In this document: positions 39,813 through 57,600 of the stretch, in pieces
Layout: each line of letters begins with the position of its first letter
How positions within the stretch are numbered: position 1 is the first letter of the stretch
Origin: the human T2T-CHM13v2.0 reference genome, Homo sapiens
DNA length: 64,000 nucleotides
Assembly (NCBI RefSeq): GCF_009914755.1
Contig: NC_060931.1
Reading direction: 5' to 3' (one strand)
The notes under the pieces: generated by a model
The model's database searches: none
Told to the model about the DNA's origin: nothing
Seen by the model: only the letters and a program-made list of their open reading frames with translations
Position numbers and translations under genes: made by a program

Positions 39813-42800
39813 AGTTGAGGCTAATGGGTCATAGTTAGTTGCAACTCAGTGTTACAGCCCAAAGTCCTAATATCAGGGTATTCAGTAAGGAAAGAAGATG
39901 AGGAGGTCTCTAGTAACAGAGTATAAAAAGGATATTTACAATAGTGAAGCTCAACTAGAAAAGAATATTTCATTACCCCAGGAAAAGAGATAACAAATCA
40001 CCTGGAAAGCATAGAAAAAAAAGCATTTAAGATTTTTATAGAATTAAGAACAGGGGGAAAAAAATCCTGCTTAGATAAAGATATAACTTAAGTAAAAACA
40101 GAGTTTAAGTAGAGTGGAAAGAAAAGCTGAAAACTCTAGAATCTCATGGCAACCATGAGAAAGCAACCAACTGAAAGTATTTATGCCTTCCAGCTAAGAC
40201 AAGAGGAAAACCATATACTGAAACATGGTTAATTCAGAAACTATAGCTTTAATAATTCTTGGCTAAATTGGATGGCTATTGAGTCAATCAAATTAAGGAC
40301 AGAACAAACCCAATCTACTGTACCCTGAAAGATTGAACTGTTTTTAAATGACACTTGACAGGATTAAATTAAGCAAAATTTTGGTTCAAAGTCAGGAGGT
40401 TGCCTGAAAACAAAGCACGGACTAAACTCACTTAACCAAAGTGCCTAAAAGTATCTGGAATGGTTCTTGACCAATAAGGAGGTATTTTTTAAGAGTACCT
40501 CAATGCACATTTGTCTGTGGGCCTCTTCAAATGCTGCATGGCCATAGGCTTCTTGCCTTGGTGATCCCTCTTACAGAAGTGTTGGTTGATAATATCTTGA
40601 TCTCTTTGGCTAAGTAAGTGTGGAGGACTGAAGCATCTTCTTTATGCACAGTATGGTGGGATGGGGGTGGGTATACTATGCCTGTTCTGGTCATTACAGT
40701 TCAGGGCTAGAAAATGTTAAGCAAATATATTTTTTTCTTTCCTTGCCCTGCCATCTACTCCTCTTCTCTATAGTACACTTAGGTACTTCAAGCTAATGTT
40801 AGCTTAACTGCCATGTATTGCTTAGGGAGAAAAAGTTAAATTGACACTTGAAATTTAAACATCCTCACTGTCATGTCATGTTTTCCAGTTCAAAATCATC
40901 TGTGAATCATTCACTCAAAACAGTATAATCTAAACCTTAAAAATTAGCATATCTTTTATGTCTTCTAAAAGTAAATTAATCATAAAACAGCATTTCAATA
41001 AAATATTATTGACAAACTGATAAGCAGGCTCATTCTCTCATTACACAGGAAAGAGATTTATAAACCAAACTTTGGGTATTGTCCAAGGCAGAGGAAGTCA
41101 AATAAACCTAAAATTCCTCCAAATGTCACCATTACCCTCTGACCACAAGGACTGGAACTCTGAACCACAAGACACATTCCATAGCATCAGCCTAATCCTA
41201 CCTAAAGAAGAATTTAGCAGCTCTTGGAGGCCTTATGTCTGTATTACCTAAGGTCAACTCAAGCTGGTTTATTAAAAGCTTCTCCTTGTTTTAGAAGAGT
41301 CCTGAAGTACCATCCTTCTGTTTTCTGCTTTTGTTTCTTTTGTATTCTTGTTCTAGTTGCTCATCTCTGAAGCTTTGATTCAGTCGGGGGCACCTGAACA
41401 TCAGATCTCCGGACTATGGTTTCCATAAAGAGTCTTTCCTTGTTACAAAATGACTCACAGGGTCTAAAGCACTACTTTATATTAGAGTCCTTAACACAAG
41501 CTTTTACTACTTAGCAGATAAGTAATGGTCAGCATAGATGAGAATTAAGTCATTCGACAACAACTTTATAATAAGGTAAAAATTTACTAACAGTTTAATT
41601 TCTATTGTCAGAAAGTAAGATTTAATTTTTTAAAACAAAAATAAGAAAAAGATGCCACAGATTTCTTTAGCAGACATACAACTGGAATTAAAATGAGGAG
41701 TCTTTACTAGATTACAGAATATGTATAGTAACAACAGATGCCAATTTATTCCCAGGTGTCAGATACTAAGGTACCACTTAGTTGAAAAGATGACTTTAAT
41801 TTGGGGTGTCAAGTTTCTGAGATAATCAGTTAGTTGAAATGATAGCATAAAACTGACTAGACAAACCAAGAGAATTCTAGAAATAAGCAAAGATAGTGAA
41901 GTAGTGTCCCAGTGACCTCAGGATGCCAGCGTCTTGCCTGCTTCGAGACAGATCATAGGGACATTGCTGTCTCTTTGTTTCCAAAGCTCAGCCTCTTTTT
42001 CTAGAACTCTCATCTAAGTTTTCCTTTTCTGTATACCTCGAACATGTGTTTTCTCCTTCTCAATGTTGTATTACACTTGCTGCATTTTGATACTTCCAGC
42101 TTGTAATATCATAAGTCTTTATAAATTTCCGTCATTGTTACTTTGAGTTTATTTTTCAATTAGTCATGAATTTAAACATGTTTTTGCATATCATTTGTTA
42201 ATAATCTTATTTTCTATAAAATGAGAACCCTCAAGCATTACCTCTTCTGATAATAGAAATAAATCTGCAGGCAGACTCTACTGGTCATTTTAATAACTGA
42301 TTAGATTAAGAAAAGCCATTGACTCGATTTCAGGTCTTTATCTCAGACTGTGATTAACTCTTAGGTAACATCTGGCCAGACTATCATTGTCATGACCACA
42401 GGTTTTTATTGTGTCACTGGTATTATGTCCAAGATCATACTGTTTCTGTGTCTGACTTTTGAGGATTTTAAGCTTGTGAGCAATTAGAAAATATGTCTTT
42501 GCTTTCAAACATATCAAACCAAAGAGGTACACATTCACCCATAACATAGTATTAAGAAACTGTGTACAAGGGTAAGTCAGATGAGATTGTATTTACTGAC
42601 GAACTGACCACTGCATGTCCCCTGGGTCGTCTACTCTATTGTTCATTGTAAGATCATGTGGATTGTATATATCAGTTTCCAACGTGAATTTATTAATGTT
42701 CTCCAGCTATCTAAATGTCAAGAGATAGGAACAAGAGTAATTGCATATAAATGCAAGGTACTTTTTGACACCAAATCCTAGAATCTGCAAACAGAAGAAG

Positions 42801-43495
42801 CGGTGGAGGCACAGAAAAATTCCCAGGAGTTTTACTAATGTTAGTTTTAAGATAAATACCACAGAAATGCTTTTTCCCTTCAATCAACTTCTTTTCCTCT
42901 GAGGAGTCACAGATCTTTACTTATATAATCTTTATTTGCCAGATGCTCTATCCTTTTTGCAAATGCTACCATGTTAAAATATAATTACAAGAAGATAATA
43001 TTGGGTAAACTTCTACAATCATTTAATAGTCAATGCTTTCTTATAACCACTGCGAAATTCACTATCCGTAAATGTTAGAGGAAAGTGTAGAAATAAAGTT
43101 AGAGACCACCAGTAGAAGGTACTGGAAAGCTTGGTAATTGTGAGATTAGCTATAACAGGACAAAGTAATAATACCAAAACAAAGCCAAAAGGTCTTATGC
43201 CATATATACACCGAATTTAATGTCATGGTTAACCAGAGACTCTCATGTCAATCCTGATTTGCCAACTCCATACAAATTTGGAGGAGGGAAAGGATGAATT
43301 GAAGGGGAAGTTTGAAATATGTACGTAATTCATACATATTTCATATTGTAATATACATATATACAGAAATATGTACTAATATTTTAACAGCGGTATGGTC
43401 CTGACCTCTCTTAGGTCTATTTGAATGATTGGAGATGATACAATGTTGTTATGAAGCAGAATCAGAGGCAATGATTCTAACCTCTGTACACATAA

Positions 43496-43867
<372 letters not shown>

Positions 43868-43910
43868 TAGAAATGTCTACGTGTTTTAAACTGCCATTGA
43901 AGAGATAGCT

Positions 43911-44390
43911 TGTTGTACTCACAGTTCTCAAGACCTCACATGATTCCCCCATCACACCATGTGGGGGCGACACACAGAGAAGCACCAGAATCAGTCAGGA
44001 GGCAGGAGCATGGAGGGGGGAATATGTGGGACAATCTTTATTATGGTTTTCATGGAGAAGGAATGGGGGAGGCACATGTAAATCTGGCCAGTTTGAGTAA
44101 TTTCAGTGGGTTCTGGGACCTAGGAGCTTTTTCTAGTTGCCTGGTACCGGGCCCTGGGGTGATTAGAGTAAGTGGATGGTGGTCCAGGAGTATGAGAGCC
44201 TGATAAGGAAGATTGTTAAAGTTGTAGGATCTGGATTGCTTGCTTTGCATTTGAAAAGTGTGTTGATGGGTGAGTTGTTTACCATCTTTAGGAATTGGCT
44301 AACTCTGGGAGGAGCAGCGCCCCCAGGGTTAGCAAAGCCACACATGTAAAGGCATCAGGATACAAAAAAATAAAAGACATGGTTAATGCA
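43911..44390 (-). mobile_element. ERVL-class LTR (MER74-like)
   Basis: Ends 'ggaattggctaactctgggagg...aaataaaagacatggttaatgca', the reverse complement of a MER74-type start; subfamily from recall. Confidence 0.7.
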
Positions 44391-45274
44391 CTACATTGTC
44401 TAGTAGACAACCTAGGTGTAACGAGCCATTGGTTGCTAGCATAGCTGGTCAGTAATTATCTATGTAATTTTAACAAGTCACTTCTCTAGCCTTTAATTCC
44501 TCCACTGGTAAAATAAACATTATTTTATTAGATAAATCTTTATTTTAAGTAATTACTTAGGGTACTTTGAGTTATGAGCACGTGACAAAAGGAGATTCCG
44601 TATTATAGTTGACAAGATAACAGGACAAGAATTTGGATTATAAATTCTCAGTAAATTTTGTCTGATGTAAGAAAATTGAGTTTGAGTACACCTGGTTTTT
44701 TAGTCAAAGCAGTCAAGTTGTTACTGTAACTACAGACTAAAAAATTGCAATTTAAAACTAGAATTTCTGACATAAAGAGCATCTGTATCTTATCTTCTTA
44801 TTCAGCTTTTATATAGCAACAAGGACATGGAGAGCTTACCATAAAATTGGAAACTGATAAATTTATGCATAACTACCAGTAGCCAGCTAGTCACTAAAAT
44901 GTCTTTAAGCAAAACACAAATGTGGATTGGAAATTGTAAGACAGAATTCAAGAATGTTGTTTCTAACCATATGGGGAAGTCATTGTTAAGCTTACATACT
45001 TCTGATATTTCTAATATTTTGGTAAAATCTTTCACTCTCCTCTTTACTCTTACATAGAAAACCTTCTGACTAGACTTTATTCACCATCTTTATGTTTTGG
45101 TTTTATACAAGTACATTTTTGAACTGAAAAGTTTCCTATGTGTGTGTTTCTGTATGTACATTTTCAGGCAGAAAATCAGGTCACAAAAGAATAAGTATAA
45201 CATAATCATATATTTGTAAAAACAAATAAATACATTTAAAAGTCTGAAAAAATAGTCAAATATTAACAAAGATT

Positions 45275-48805
<3,531 letters not shown>

Positions 48806-48920
48806 GAGATTGTCTTCCAGTGATGAGATTGTGGTGACTTTCATTTTCTTCTTTATATATTTTTTTATTTTCTGGATTGTTTGCAATTAGTGTACATTCC
48901 TTTTATAATGGGAAAAATTA
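48806..48920 (+). mobile_element. Old L1ME/MC 3' end, distal half of the element split by the L1MA (proximal half about 45170-45270)
   Basis: 'aaatattaaca' on the left joins 'gatgagattgtggtgactttcattttcttcttt...ttttataatgggaaaaa' on the right, giving a typical L1MC/ME tail. Confidence 0.55.
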
Positions 48921-48999
48921 CAGCTATCTCTATTTTTCAAAATAAATAGTCTCACATCTTCAGAAAATTTTTTGAAGATATTTATAGTTTATATATATA

Positions 49000-49340
49000 A
49001 GCAATTGGGAACGTAAAAAATGCCAAGATTTTAATATTTGATGATATCGAAGGATTGTTTCCACAGTTTTTAGATCTTGTTTTAACATCTAAATGTTAAA
49101 TCTAAACATTTAAATGTAATGATATTGTGGTTATATAAATAACAGAGTCCTTTCATTTTAGGGATACATATGAAATGGTAGTGAATGAAACCAAATGACA
49201 CCTGGTGTTTGCTTCCAATACAGAAGGAGAGTAAATATGAAACAGAATTGGCCATAAACTGATAATTATTGAATCTAAGTGATGGGAACATGGGAATTTG
49301 TCATGCTGTTTTGTTTGAAGTTCTCTGTATTAAAAAGTTA
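49000..49340 (+). mobile_element. L1MC-like 3' region
   Basis: 'tttgatgatatc...gatattgtggttat...aattggccataaactgataattattgaatctaagtgatggg'. Confidence 0.65.
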
Positions 49341-49397
49341 AGCATGTCACCATTTTGCATATTTTGATAGCAAGTTAATTTAACAAACACTGAATTC

Positions 49398-49548
49398 TTT
49401 TTTTATGTTTATTTTATTTATTTATTTATTTATTTTGAGACAGAGTCTTGCTCTGTCACCCAGGTTGGAATGCAGTGGCACCGTCACAGCTCACTGTAGC
49501 CTCAGCTTCCCGGGTAGCTGGGACTACAGGCACATGAAACCATACCCA
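49398..49548 (-). mobile_element. Alu monomer (FRAM / AluJ right arm) with internal deletion
   Basis: 'gagacagagtcttgctctgtcacccagg...cacagctcactgtagcctc' fused to 'gtagctgggactacagg'. Confidence 0.85.
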
Positions 49549-50329
49549 TATTAAACCTTTTGAAATGTTTTTATTAGTCTGGTCAGTGTATCATCTAAGC
49601 AATTTTTATTATAGCATTTACCTTTCACTTTGTAGGTAATGATCTTATTCCAGGATGGGAAATTATTGGTGGAGACCTCAGGTTTGATTATGAACACAGC
49701 AGTCAATTATCTCTCATTCTATCTAGTAAAATTAGGCTGTAGTTGACATATCTAAAAGAAAACACATGACCTTTTACCTTAGAACCTGTAGAAATACTGA
49801 CTAAATGATACTCAGCACCATGGTCTGTGAATCATTATTCCTGCTTTGTAGTCTTGGCTCCACCTATCAAATTACATTCTTTTATGGGCATTCAGATGAA
49901 TTGGTTTTGGAACATTGCTAATAACACTCACTTAAAGGAGAATGATGGCAATGGGTATTAAAAAAAATACTTTAGCCTTGACATAAAGCTTTAAATATTT
50001 AAAAGTATAATTAATTAGTAATATGCTAAGCATATTTGATAACTATGATATCTGTTATTGACATGCTTCACACTGAAATATGAAGTTTGGAAGTTTGCTG
50101 TGTTGTAGGCATTGAGAAAACTTTGATAAGTGTTTCTGTTAAAAAATATACTAATTCTTTAATGTGGCTCCTTGCAAAGCTTTCCAATATAAATTAGTTT
50201 ATTCCATCTTTTCTGTCATGGAAATAAGTGAGAACAACAAAGTCTGACATCTACCTGTCTTCCATAAATAACAAAGAGGAATGAACACAAAGACATTAAA
50301 CTAAGAGGGACTGACTGCCATCTCAATTA

Positions 50330-50774
50330 CAGTTGGCCCTTGAACAACGTGGGGGTTAGGAGCACTGCCCCTGAGCAGTCAAAATCCTGGTTTAACTTTT
50401 AACTTTGCCAGCACTTAACTACTAGTAGTATACTGTTGATCGGAAGACTTACTAATAACATAAGCAGCCGATTAACACATATTTTGTATGTTTTATGTAT
50501 AATATACTGTATACCTACAATGAAGTAAGTTAGAGAAGAGAAAATATTATTAAGAAAATCATAAGGAAGAGAAAATATATTTACTATTCACTAAGTGAAA
50601 GTGGATCATCACAAAGATCTTCATCCCCATTGTCTTCATGTTGAATAGGCTGAGCAGGATGAGGAAAACGAGAGGTTGGTCTTGTTTCAGAGGTGACAGA
50701 GGGGGAAGAAAATCCACCTATAAGTGGACACTTGCAGTTCAAACCCATGCTGTTTAAGAGTCAGTTGTCAACTG
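50330..50774. mobile_element. Tigger2a-like non-autonomous DNA transposon
   Basis: TIR-like ends: 'cagttggcccttgaacaac' after TA, and 'gttcaaacccatgctgtttaagagtcagttgtcaactg'. Confidence 0.88.
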
Positions 50775-51639
50775 CACTTATAAACAATCTTATTCCACTC
50801 TTTTATTTTAAGTACCAGCTTGAAAAATCACTTGACTTTGAAGCTAGGATGAACATCTAAAATATTATGCTTATAGAGTTATTATTTCACTTTTCCTCTT
50901 TGATATTAGATGATATAAGCTGCTGGGTCAGGTGAGCTTCCTCATTGCTTTGAGCAGGGAGTTGTAGATGGTCTACTTAAAAGAGAAACTTGGAATGACT
51001 TGTGTATACCAAAGTTCTGCCATACAAATCCTATTCTTCGAATCTGAAGCTGAATATCACAGAAGCAAACTTTAAGGTGCTTTGGAATTAGTGGTTATAC
51101 ATTTGTGCCAGTCTAGGCACATGCTTGCTCTTGGGCTCCCTTATTTGATAACCTTGGGTTTGTAGAAGGCCTGGCTAGAGATACTGCTACAGTCTATGGC
51201 TGCAAAGCAATTACTCCTCATATAAAACCATCTAGTAAAAAGAGTTTTCTTGGGACCATGAGTTTATTACTATGGTACTCTAATCAGACAAATAAACCTT
51301 TTAACTACAACCATTAAATTCAGTCAATGATTCTGAGTAGCTGAGGCCCATGAACTGAGAACTTGGAAGTAGCTGATAAGCTATTTTAATTCTTTTTAAT
51401 ACTGAAAATCTCTCCTTTTAGTACACTTCCTTTTAGTGTCCTATGATCTTTAACTATCGGGCGCTTTACTGAACTTTGACCAAAAACAATTTTTTCTTTA
51501 CCATCTCCATCATAGTGGCTGGTTTCATTGCCTTAAATATTACTTATATACCACGATTTTAATAATTAGTGACTGAAGATCCTAAGGGAGAAAATAACTA
51601 TATAGTGATCTATATATCTATAAGAAAAGGTGACCATTT

Positions 51640-52190
51640 TACGTTTGATTTGTTTTGTAATGTTCAATATTTCCATAGTCGTTTCTTTGAATCGGGATCC
51701 AATAAGATTAAAGTTTCCCTTCTATATTTCTGTTTTTCCCCTTACAACTTACTTGTTAAAGAAACTAATTTTTTTTTGTATCGTAGTTTGAACTTTGTAA
51801 TTGTATCTCCTGGCATCATTTAACATGTTCCCATGGAATCCATACTTACTATATTGATAGTTGATCTAAAAGCTTGAGCAGAATCAGGATTCATTTTTTT
51901 TTGTCTGGAATACTTCGTAGGTGTGGTTGTTTTTTGTCATCAAAGGGCACATCATGTCCAATATTATCTCTTTTTATGATGTTACAGTCATTGATCATCA
52001 TTTCCTAGCTGCAGTAATTAATAGATTGCATAATGATGATTCTTTACTTTTGTAATTTCTTTTTATTTATTAGCTGAAATTCCTTTATAAAAAGAAACAT
52101 CTCTTTCAATGCTTGGTTAATCAGTGATATAATAGGAAAGGCAGGATAAATGATTTTTTTTCTTTCTTTCTTTGATAGTTTTCAACAATG
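51640..52190 (-). mobile_element. L1MC-like fragment
   Basis: 'tttgaatcgggatccaataag...ggcacatcatgtc...ggaaaggcaggataaatg'; approximate. Confidence 0.6.
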
Positions 52191-53115
52191 ACAAATTGAG
52201 TCTTTTTGTTTTGTTGCAGTATTAAAATACATTTTTAAATAATTTTCTAGTAACCTTTGTATTATAAAAAGGTGGGATTTTTTAAAGCCCATGATGCATG
52301 AGGTTATTGCTTTGTTCTCTTGTGTACCTTAGCTCTCCTAAATAAATGTGTTCCCAATTAATAAAAGATAACAAAAGAGAAAATATAGAGATGAGCCAGA
52401 TGTTACAGATAGTGTTTTCTTACTCTAAAAGCACTGGCGAAGACTGAGGATCTGAGCTTGTAATAAAGCTAAAAACATCCTTCTGGGGATTTAAAAAGGC
52501 AGAAAACTGCTTCATCTTTACCTGTAACAGAATAGACAGCATTTTTTTAACCTGTCCATCTTGAAGATAAAAAATGAAGAGAGGCTATGGCCAAAACAAG
52601 GAGGACCCTGGGTGGCCAGTACTGATTCCTTAAGGTCCCCTCCTGCTCCCTAATGTGCTCCTAGTGTCTTGTAAAAGGTATGCTGCTTAGCATTCCCGAA
52701 TGCATATGCAGCCAGGGTCTTGGCTATATGTAGTTCTATTGGGTCACAAGGAGGACACTTTTTCATCTGTGTCTGACAGGAGACAAACTTAACCACGCTT
52801 CTGGCTTCCTCAGATTCTTTAATACGTTGCCACCTCTAATGGTATAAACCACATTCCATAACTTGCCATTCAAGACTACTATAAACTGGCCTACCTAACC
52901 ATCCTAACTAGTATCCACTATATTTCTTCCACCACTTTTCTACCAGACTACCTATAGTCTAGAAGAAAACAACCAAATTTCTCTTTCCTGATTATACTTG
53001 CACTCTCCTTTCCATGTGTTGCTCATGCTGCTTCACTTTCCTATTTCTCAAACTCCTTTCCACCAATTGCCATCTCTGATACCTCCACCTTTTAGCCACA
53101 ATAAATATTCTCTTC

Positions 53116-53626
53116 TGTGGTAGGTAGAATAATGACCTCCACATGTGCCAACATCCTAATCCCTGGAACCAGAGAATATGTTACCTTGCATGGCAAAGGG
53201 GAATTAAGGTTGCAAATTGCATTAAGGTTGCTAAACAATCGACCTTGAAATAGAGAGATTATGCTGAATTATCCAGGGGGGCTCAATGTAATCACAAGTC
53301 TTTCAAAGTGAAAGAGGGAAGCAGAAGAGTAGGTCAGAGTGATGTGACATGAGAAGTACTTGACCCATCATTACTGGCTTTGAAAATGAAGAGAACCATG
53401 AGCCAAACAATGGAACAGCTTCTTGAAGGCAGAAAGGAAACAGATTCTCCTGTAGAGACTCCAGGTAGGAATACAGACCAATGAATACCTCCATTTTAGC
53501 CCAGTAAAATCAGTGTTGGACTTCTAACATATAGAATTGTAAATAATAATAATAATAATACATTGTCTTGGTTTAAGCCACTGAGTTTGCTGTAATTTGT
53601 TACAGCAGCCATGGAAAGCTAATATA
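53116..53626 (+). mobile_element. MLT1D MaLR solo LTR
   Basis: Starts 'tgtggtaggtagaataatgacctcc' and ends 'aatttgttacagcagccatggaaagctaatata'. Confidence 0.9.
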
Positions 53627-54655
53627 CCCTCTATTTTATTCACATAGTATTTTATGGAATTATTATATTTGTGGAGTTGGAGGCAGTAAATGTACTGCTT
53701 CAGAAAAAGATGACACCTGGATACAAATTTCTGCTCTACTACTTGTAAGTTGTATGATCTTAGGCAATTAAAGGAATTTATCTGAGCTTCACTCACATCA
53801 GGCCATCTATAACCTTTCATTGCACATAGTTCCTCGTTTGAGGTATTTATAACAATTATAATTACATAATCAATTGAGTGTTTAATTAAATGTCTGTCTC
53901 TCCCTTGAGGTAATGGGCTCCCCAAGGGAAGGAGCCCTATCTTGTCAATTATGTACTTCTATTCCTTTTGCAAAGCCACTTAAAAGCCATTTGCCAATTG
54001 AAAGGATTTGAGTAAATTTCCTACTTTAGGAATGACATAGACAATATTGCCAAATAAGATATCAATATATTCAGAATGTATAAATGAATTTACTGAATCA
54101 GTATAATAGCAGATATTAGGGAACCATTCATTACTCAAGAGATTTCCTAATCTCCTCTTTCAACCTCTATTCTCTAAGGTATTTCATTTTTTGATCCTTC
54201 CCCCTACATTTTGTTTTCCTGATGAGTAAGTATTTTCCTGTCATCAAGAACTGATGAAGTTTTCAGAACTGCAGGTGAGGCCTCCCAGGGCATCTACACC
54301 TTTGTAGGCTCCGTGCGAATCTAGGGTCTGCTACTCATGTTTATGGGTAAAAAATATAAATTTAATATAATAAGCTCTTGGGAATGGATGCAGGCTAATC
54401 AATAAAAAAGCCATCCACTAATTTACAAGGTAAACTATAAGAGGAAGAACATTTTTTCCCCACACTGGATCTCACTTTCTTTACCCAGCAGAATTTTTAC
54501 TTGGGAAAAATGTTTTGAGTTGAAAAAAAAAAGTGGACAACATACAAGTACTATGTACTTAACTTATAAATACAAAGCATATATAGAGGATACTCTTACA
54601 AGCTAATCTATATACAATACTTTATGTAAGTAATATGCATAAAAGAATGATTCTA

Positions 54656-57600
54656 GAGAGGGGAGGCAAAGCAAGATGGCCAAAGAGAACCCTCCAGTGA
54701 TTGTCCCCACCACCAACAGGAATATCAAATTGAAAAAAATATCCACACAAGAAAGAACTATATGAGAACCAAAAATCAGGTGAATAATCACAGTATCTGA
54801 TTTTGACATGATATCAAGAAAAGAGGCACGGAATAGGGTTACAAAGACCGTCTTGGATTCCCAACACTACTACTCCTCCATCCCCTGGCAGTGCTGTGTG
54901 TCATAGAGAGAGTATCTGTATGCTTGGGGGAGGGAGAGTAAAGTGATGATGGGACTTTGCATTGGAACCCAGTGCTGCTCTATCACAGTGGAATGCAACA
55001 CATGACAGAATTCAACCAGCAGCCATGGAGGCAGCAATTAGACCAGCCCTAGCCAGAGGGAATTATCCATCCCAGTGATGAGTTCTGGATAGCCTCACTA
55101 TCACAAGCTAAAGTGCTCTGGCTTCCTAAATAAAGCTGAAAGGTAGTCTAGGCCACAAGTACTGCAACTCCTGGGCAAGTACAGGTTCTGTGCTGGACTT
55201 GGAGCCAGTGGACTTGGGGTACATGTAATCAAGTGAGACACAGCTGGGGTGGCCAAGGGAGTGCTTGCATCACCCCTCCCCTAACTCCAGGCAACATAGC
55301 TATAACTCTGGGAGTGACTCCTTCTGCTTGAGGGAAGAAGAGGGAAGAGTAATGAGACCTTTGTATTATAACTTGAATGTCAGCTCAGCCACAGTAAAAT
55401 AAAGCACCAAGCAGGGTCCTGAGGCCCTCATTTTAGATCATAGCTGCCAGATATTTCTAGACTCACCCTGGGCCCAGAAGAAACCTGAAGGCAAGGACTC
55501 AGTCCTGGCAGAATTTATCACTTGCCAACTAAAAAGTTCTTGGGCCTTGAATAAACATTAGCAGTAGCAAGGCAGTAGTTGCTACAGGCCTGACATGGTG
55601 GTGGTCACAGGCAGAGGCATCTGCTTGAGGAAAGGAGAGGAAAAAGTAAAGGGACTTCGTTTTGTACCTTGGGTACCAGCTCAGCCACAGTAAAATGAAG
55701 CACCAAACAAATTCCTAAAGCTCCGAATTCCAGACCGTAGCTCCTGGATGGCAATTCTACACCCATCCTGGATGAGAAGGGAACCTACTCCCCTGAAGGG
55801 AAAGACCTAATCCTGGCAGGATTCACCGCCTGCTGACCGAGAGCCCATTGGGCCTTGAATAAACATTGGCAGTATACAGATAGTAGTCACCATGGACCCT
55901 GGGTGAAACCCAGTACCATGCTAGCTTCAGGTGTGACCCAGCATAGTCCCAGTGGCGGTGGCCACAGAAGTACTTACATCACCCCTCTTCCAACTCCAGG
56001 CAGCTCAGCACAGAAAGAGAGAGACTCTGTTTGTTGGGAGAAAAGTAAGGAAAGAGAACAAGAGACTCTGGTAATCAAGGGAATTCTTAATCTTACTCAA
56101 GACTACCAAGGTGGTACCTCTACAAGTCTGCAAGAACCACAGTGTAACTGGGCTTGGGGAAACCCCCTAATACACATATGGCTGCAGTGGCCAAAGATGT
56201 GGATCGCAACACTTAATTTCCTTTGAATATCTGGAAAGCCTTCCCAAGAAGGATGGATACAAAGAAGCCCAGACTGCAAAGATTTGAATTAATACCTAGG
56301 TCTTGAATGCCAAGACATTGACAAATATCCACAAGCATCAAGACCATCCAGGAAAACAGGACCTCACCAAACAAACTAAATAAGGCACCAGTAACAAATC
56401 TTAGAGTGACAGAGATATATGACCATTCAGACAGGGAGTTCAAAACAGCTGTTTTGAGGGAAGCTCAATGAAATTCAAGATAACACAGAGAAGGGATTCA
56501 GAATCCTATCAGATAAATTTAACAAAGGAAGAAATAATTTTGAAAAAGAAATTTGGGAGCTGAAAAAGTCAACTGACAAACTGAAGAATGGATTAGAGTC
56601 TCTCAACAGCAGAAGTGATCAAGCAGAAGAAAGAATCAGTGAGCTTGAAGACAGGCTGTTTGAAAATATACAGTCAGAGGAGATAAAACAAAAAATAATA
56701 AAAAAGAATGAAGATTGCCTACAAGATCTAGAAAACAGCCTCCAAAGAACAAAATCTAAGAGTTATTGGCCTTAAGGAGGAGATAGATAAATTAGGATAG
56801 AAAGTCTACTCAAAGACATAATAACAGAGAACTTTCACTTCCTGTTAGAAGATGTCAATACTCAAGTACAAGAAAGTTATAGCACACCAAGCAGATTCAA
56901 TTCAAGTAAGAGTACCTCAAGACATTTAGTAATCATACTCCCTAAGGTCAAGAATAAGGAAAGGATCCTAAAAGCAGCAAGAGAAAGGAAACAACATAAA
57001 AAAGAGCTCCAATACATCTGGCAGCAGACTTCTCAGTAGAAACCTTACAGGCCAGGACAGGGTGACATGATATATGTAAAGCGTTGAAGAAAAAAAACCT
57101 TTTATTCTAGAATATTATGTCCAGTGAAAATATCCTTCAAACATTATAGAGAAATAAAGACTTTCCCAGACAAAGAGAAGCTGAGGAATTTCATTAAACC
57201 AGACCTGTCCTATAAGAAATGCTAAAGGGATTTCTTCAATCTGAAAGTAAAGGGCATTTATGAGCAATAAGAAATCATGTGAAGGTACAAAACTCGCTGG
57301 TAATAGTAAGTACACAGAAGAACACAGAATATTACAACACTGTAATTGTGGTGTGTAAACTATCTTAAGTAGGAAGACTAAAATATGAATCTATCAAAAA
57401 TAATAACTACAACAACTTTTTAAACACGAAGATAGTATTGTCAGGACTAGCTTGAAACAACAAAAAGTTGAAAAGCAAGGGAAATGAAGTTGAAGTATAC
57501 AATTTCTTTATTATTATTATTATACTTCAAGTTCTGGGGTACATGTGCAGAACGTGCAGGTTTGTTATATATACATGTGCCATGGTGGTTTGCCGCACCC

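Noticed and set aside
49770-49800. 8-nt minus-strand microexon (ctacag|GTTCTAAG|gtaaaa)
   Set aside because: Short pyrimidine tract, not frame-preserving, and no independent support
55320-55870. ~300-bp direct repeat containing cagctcagccacagtaaaat twice
   Set aside because: It lies in the L1 5'UTR, where tandem subunits are a known feature of old L1 families
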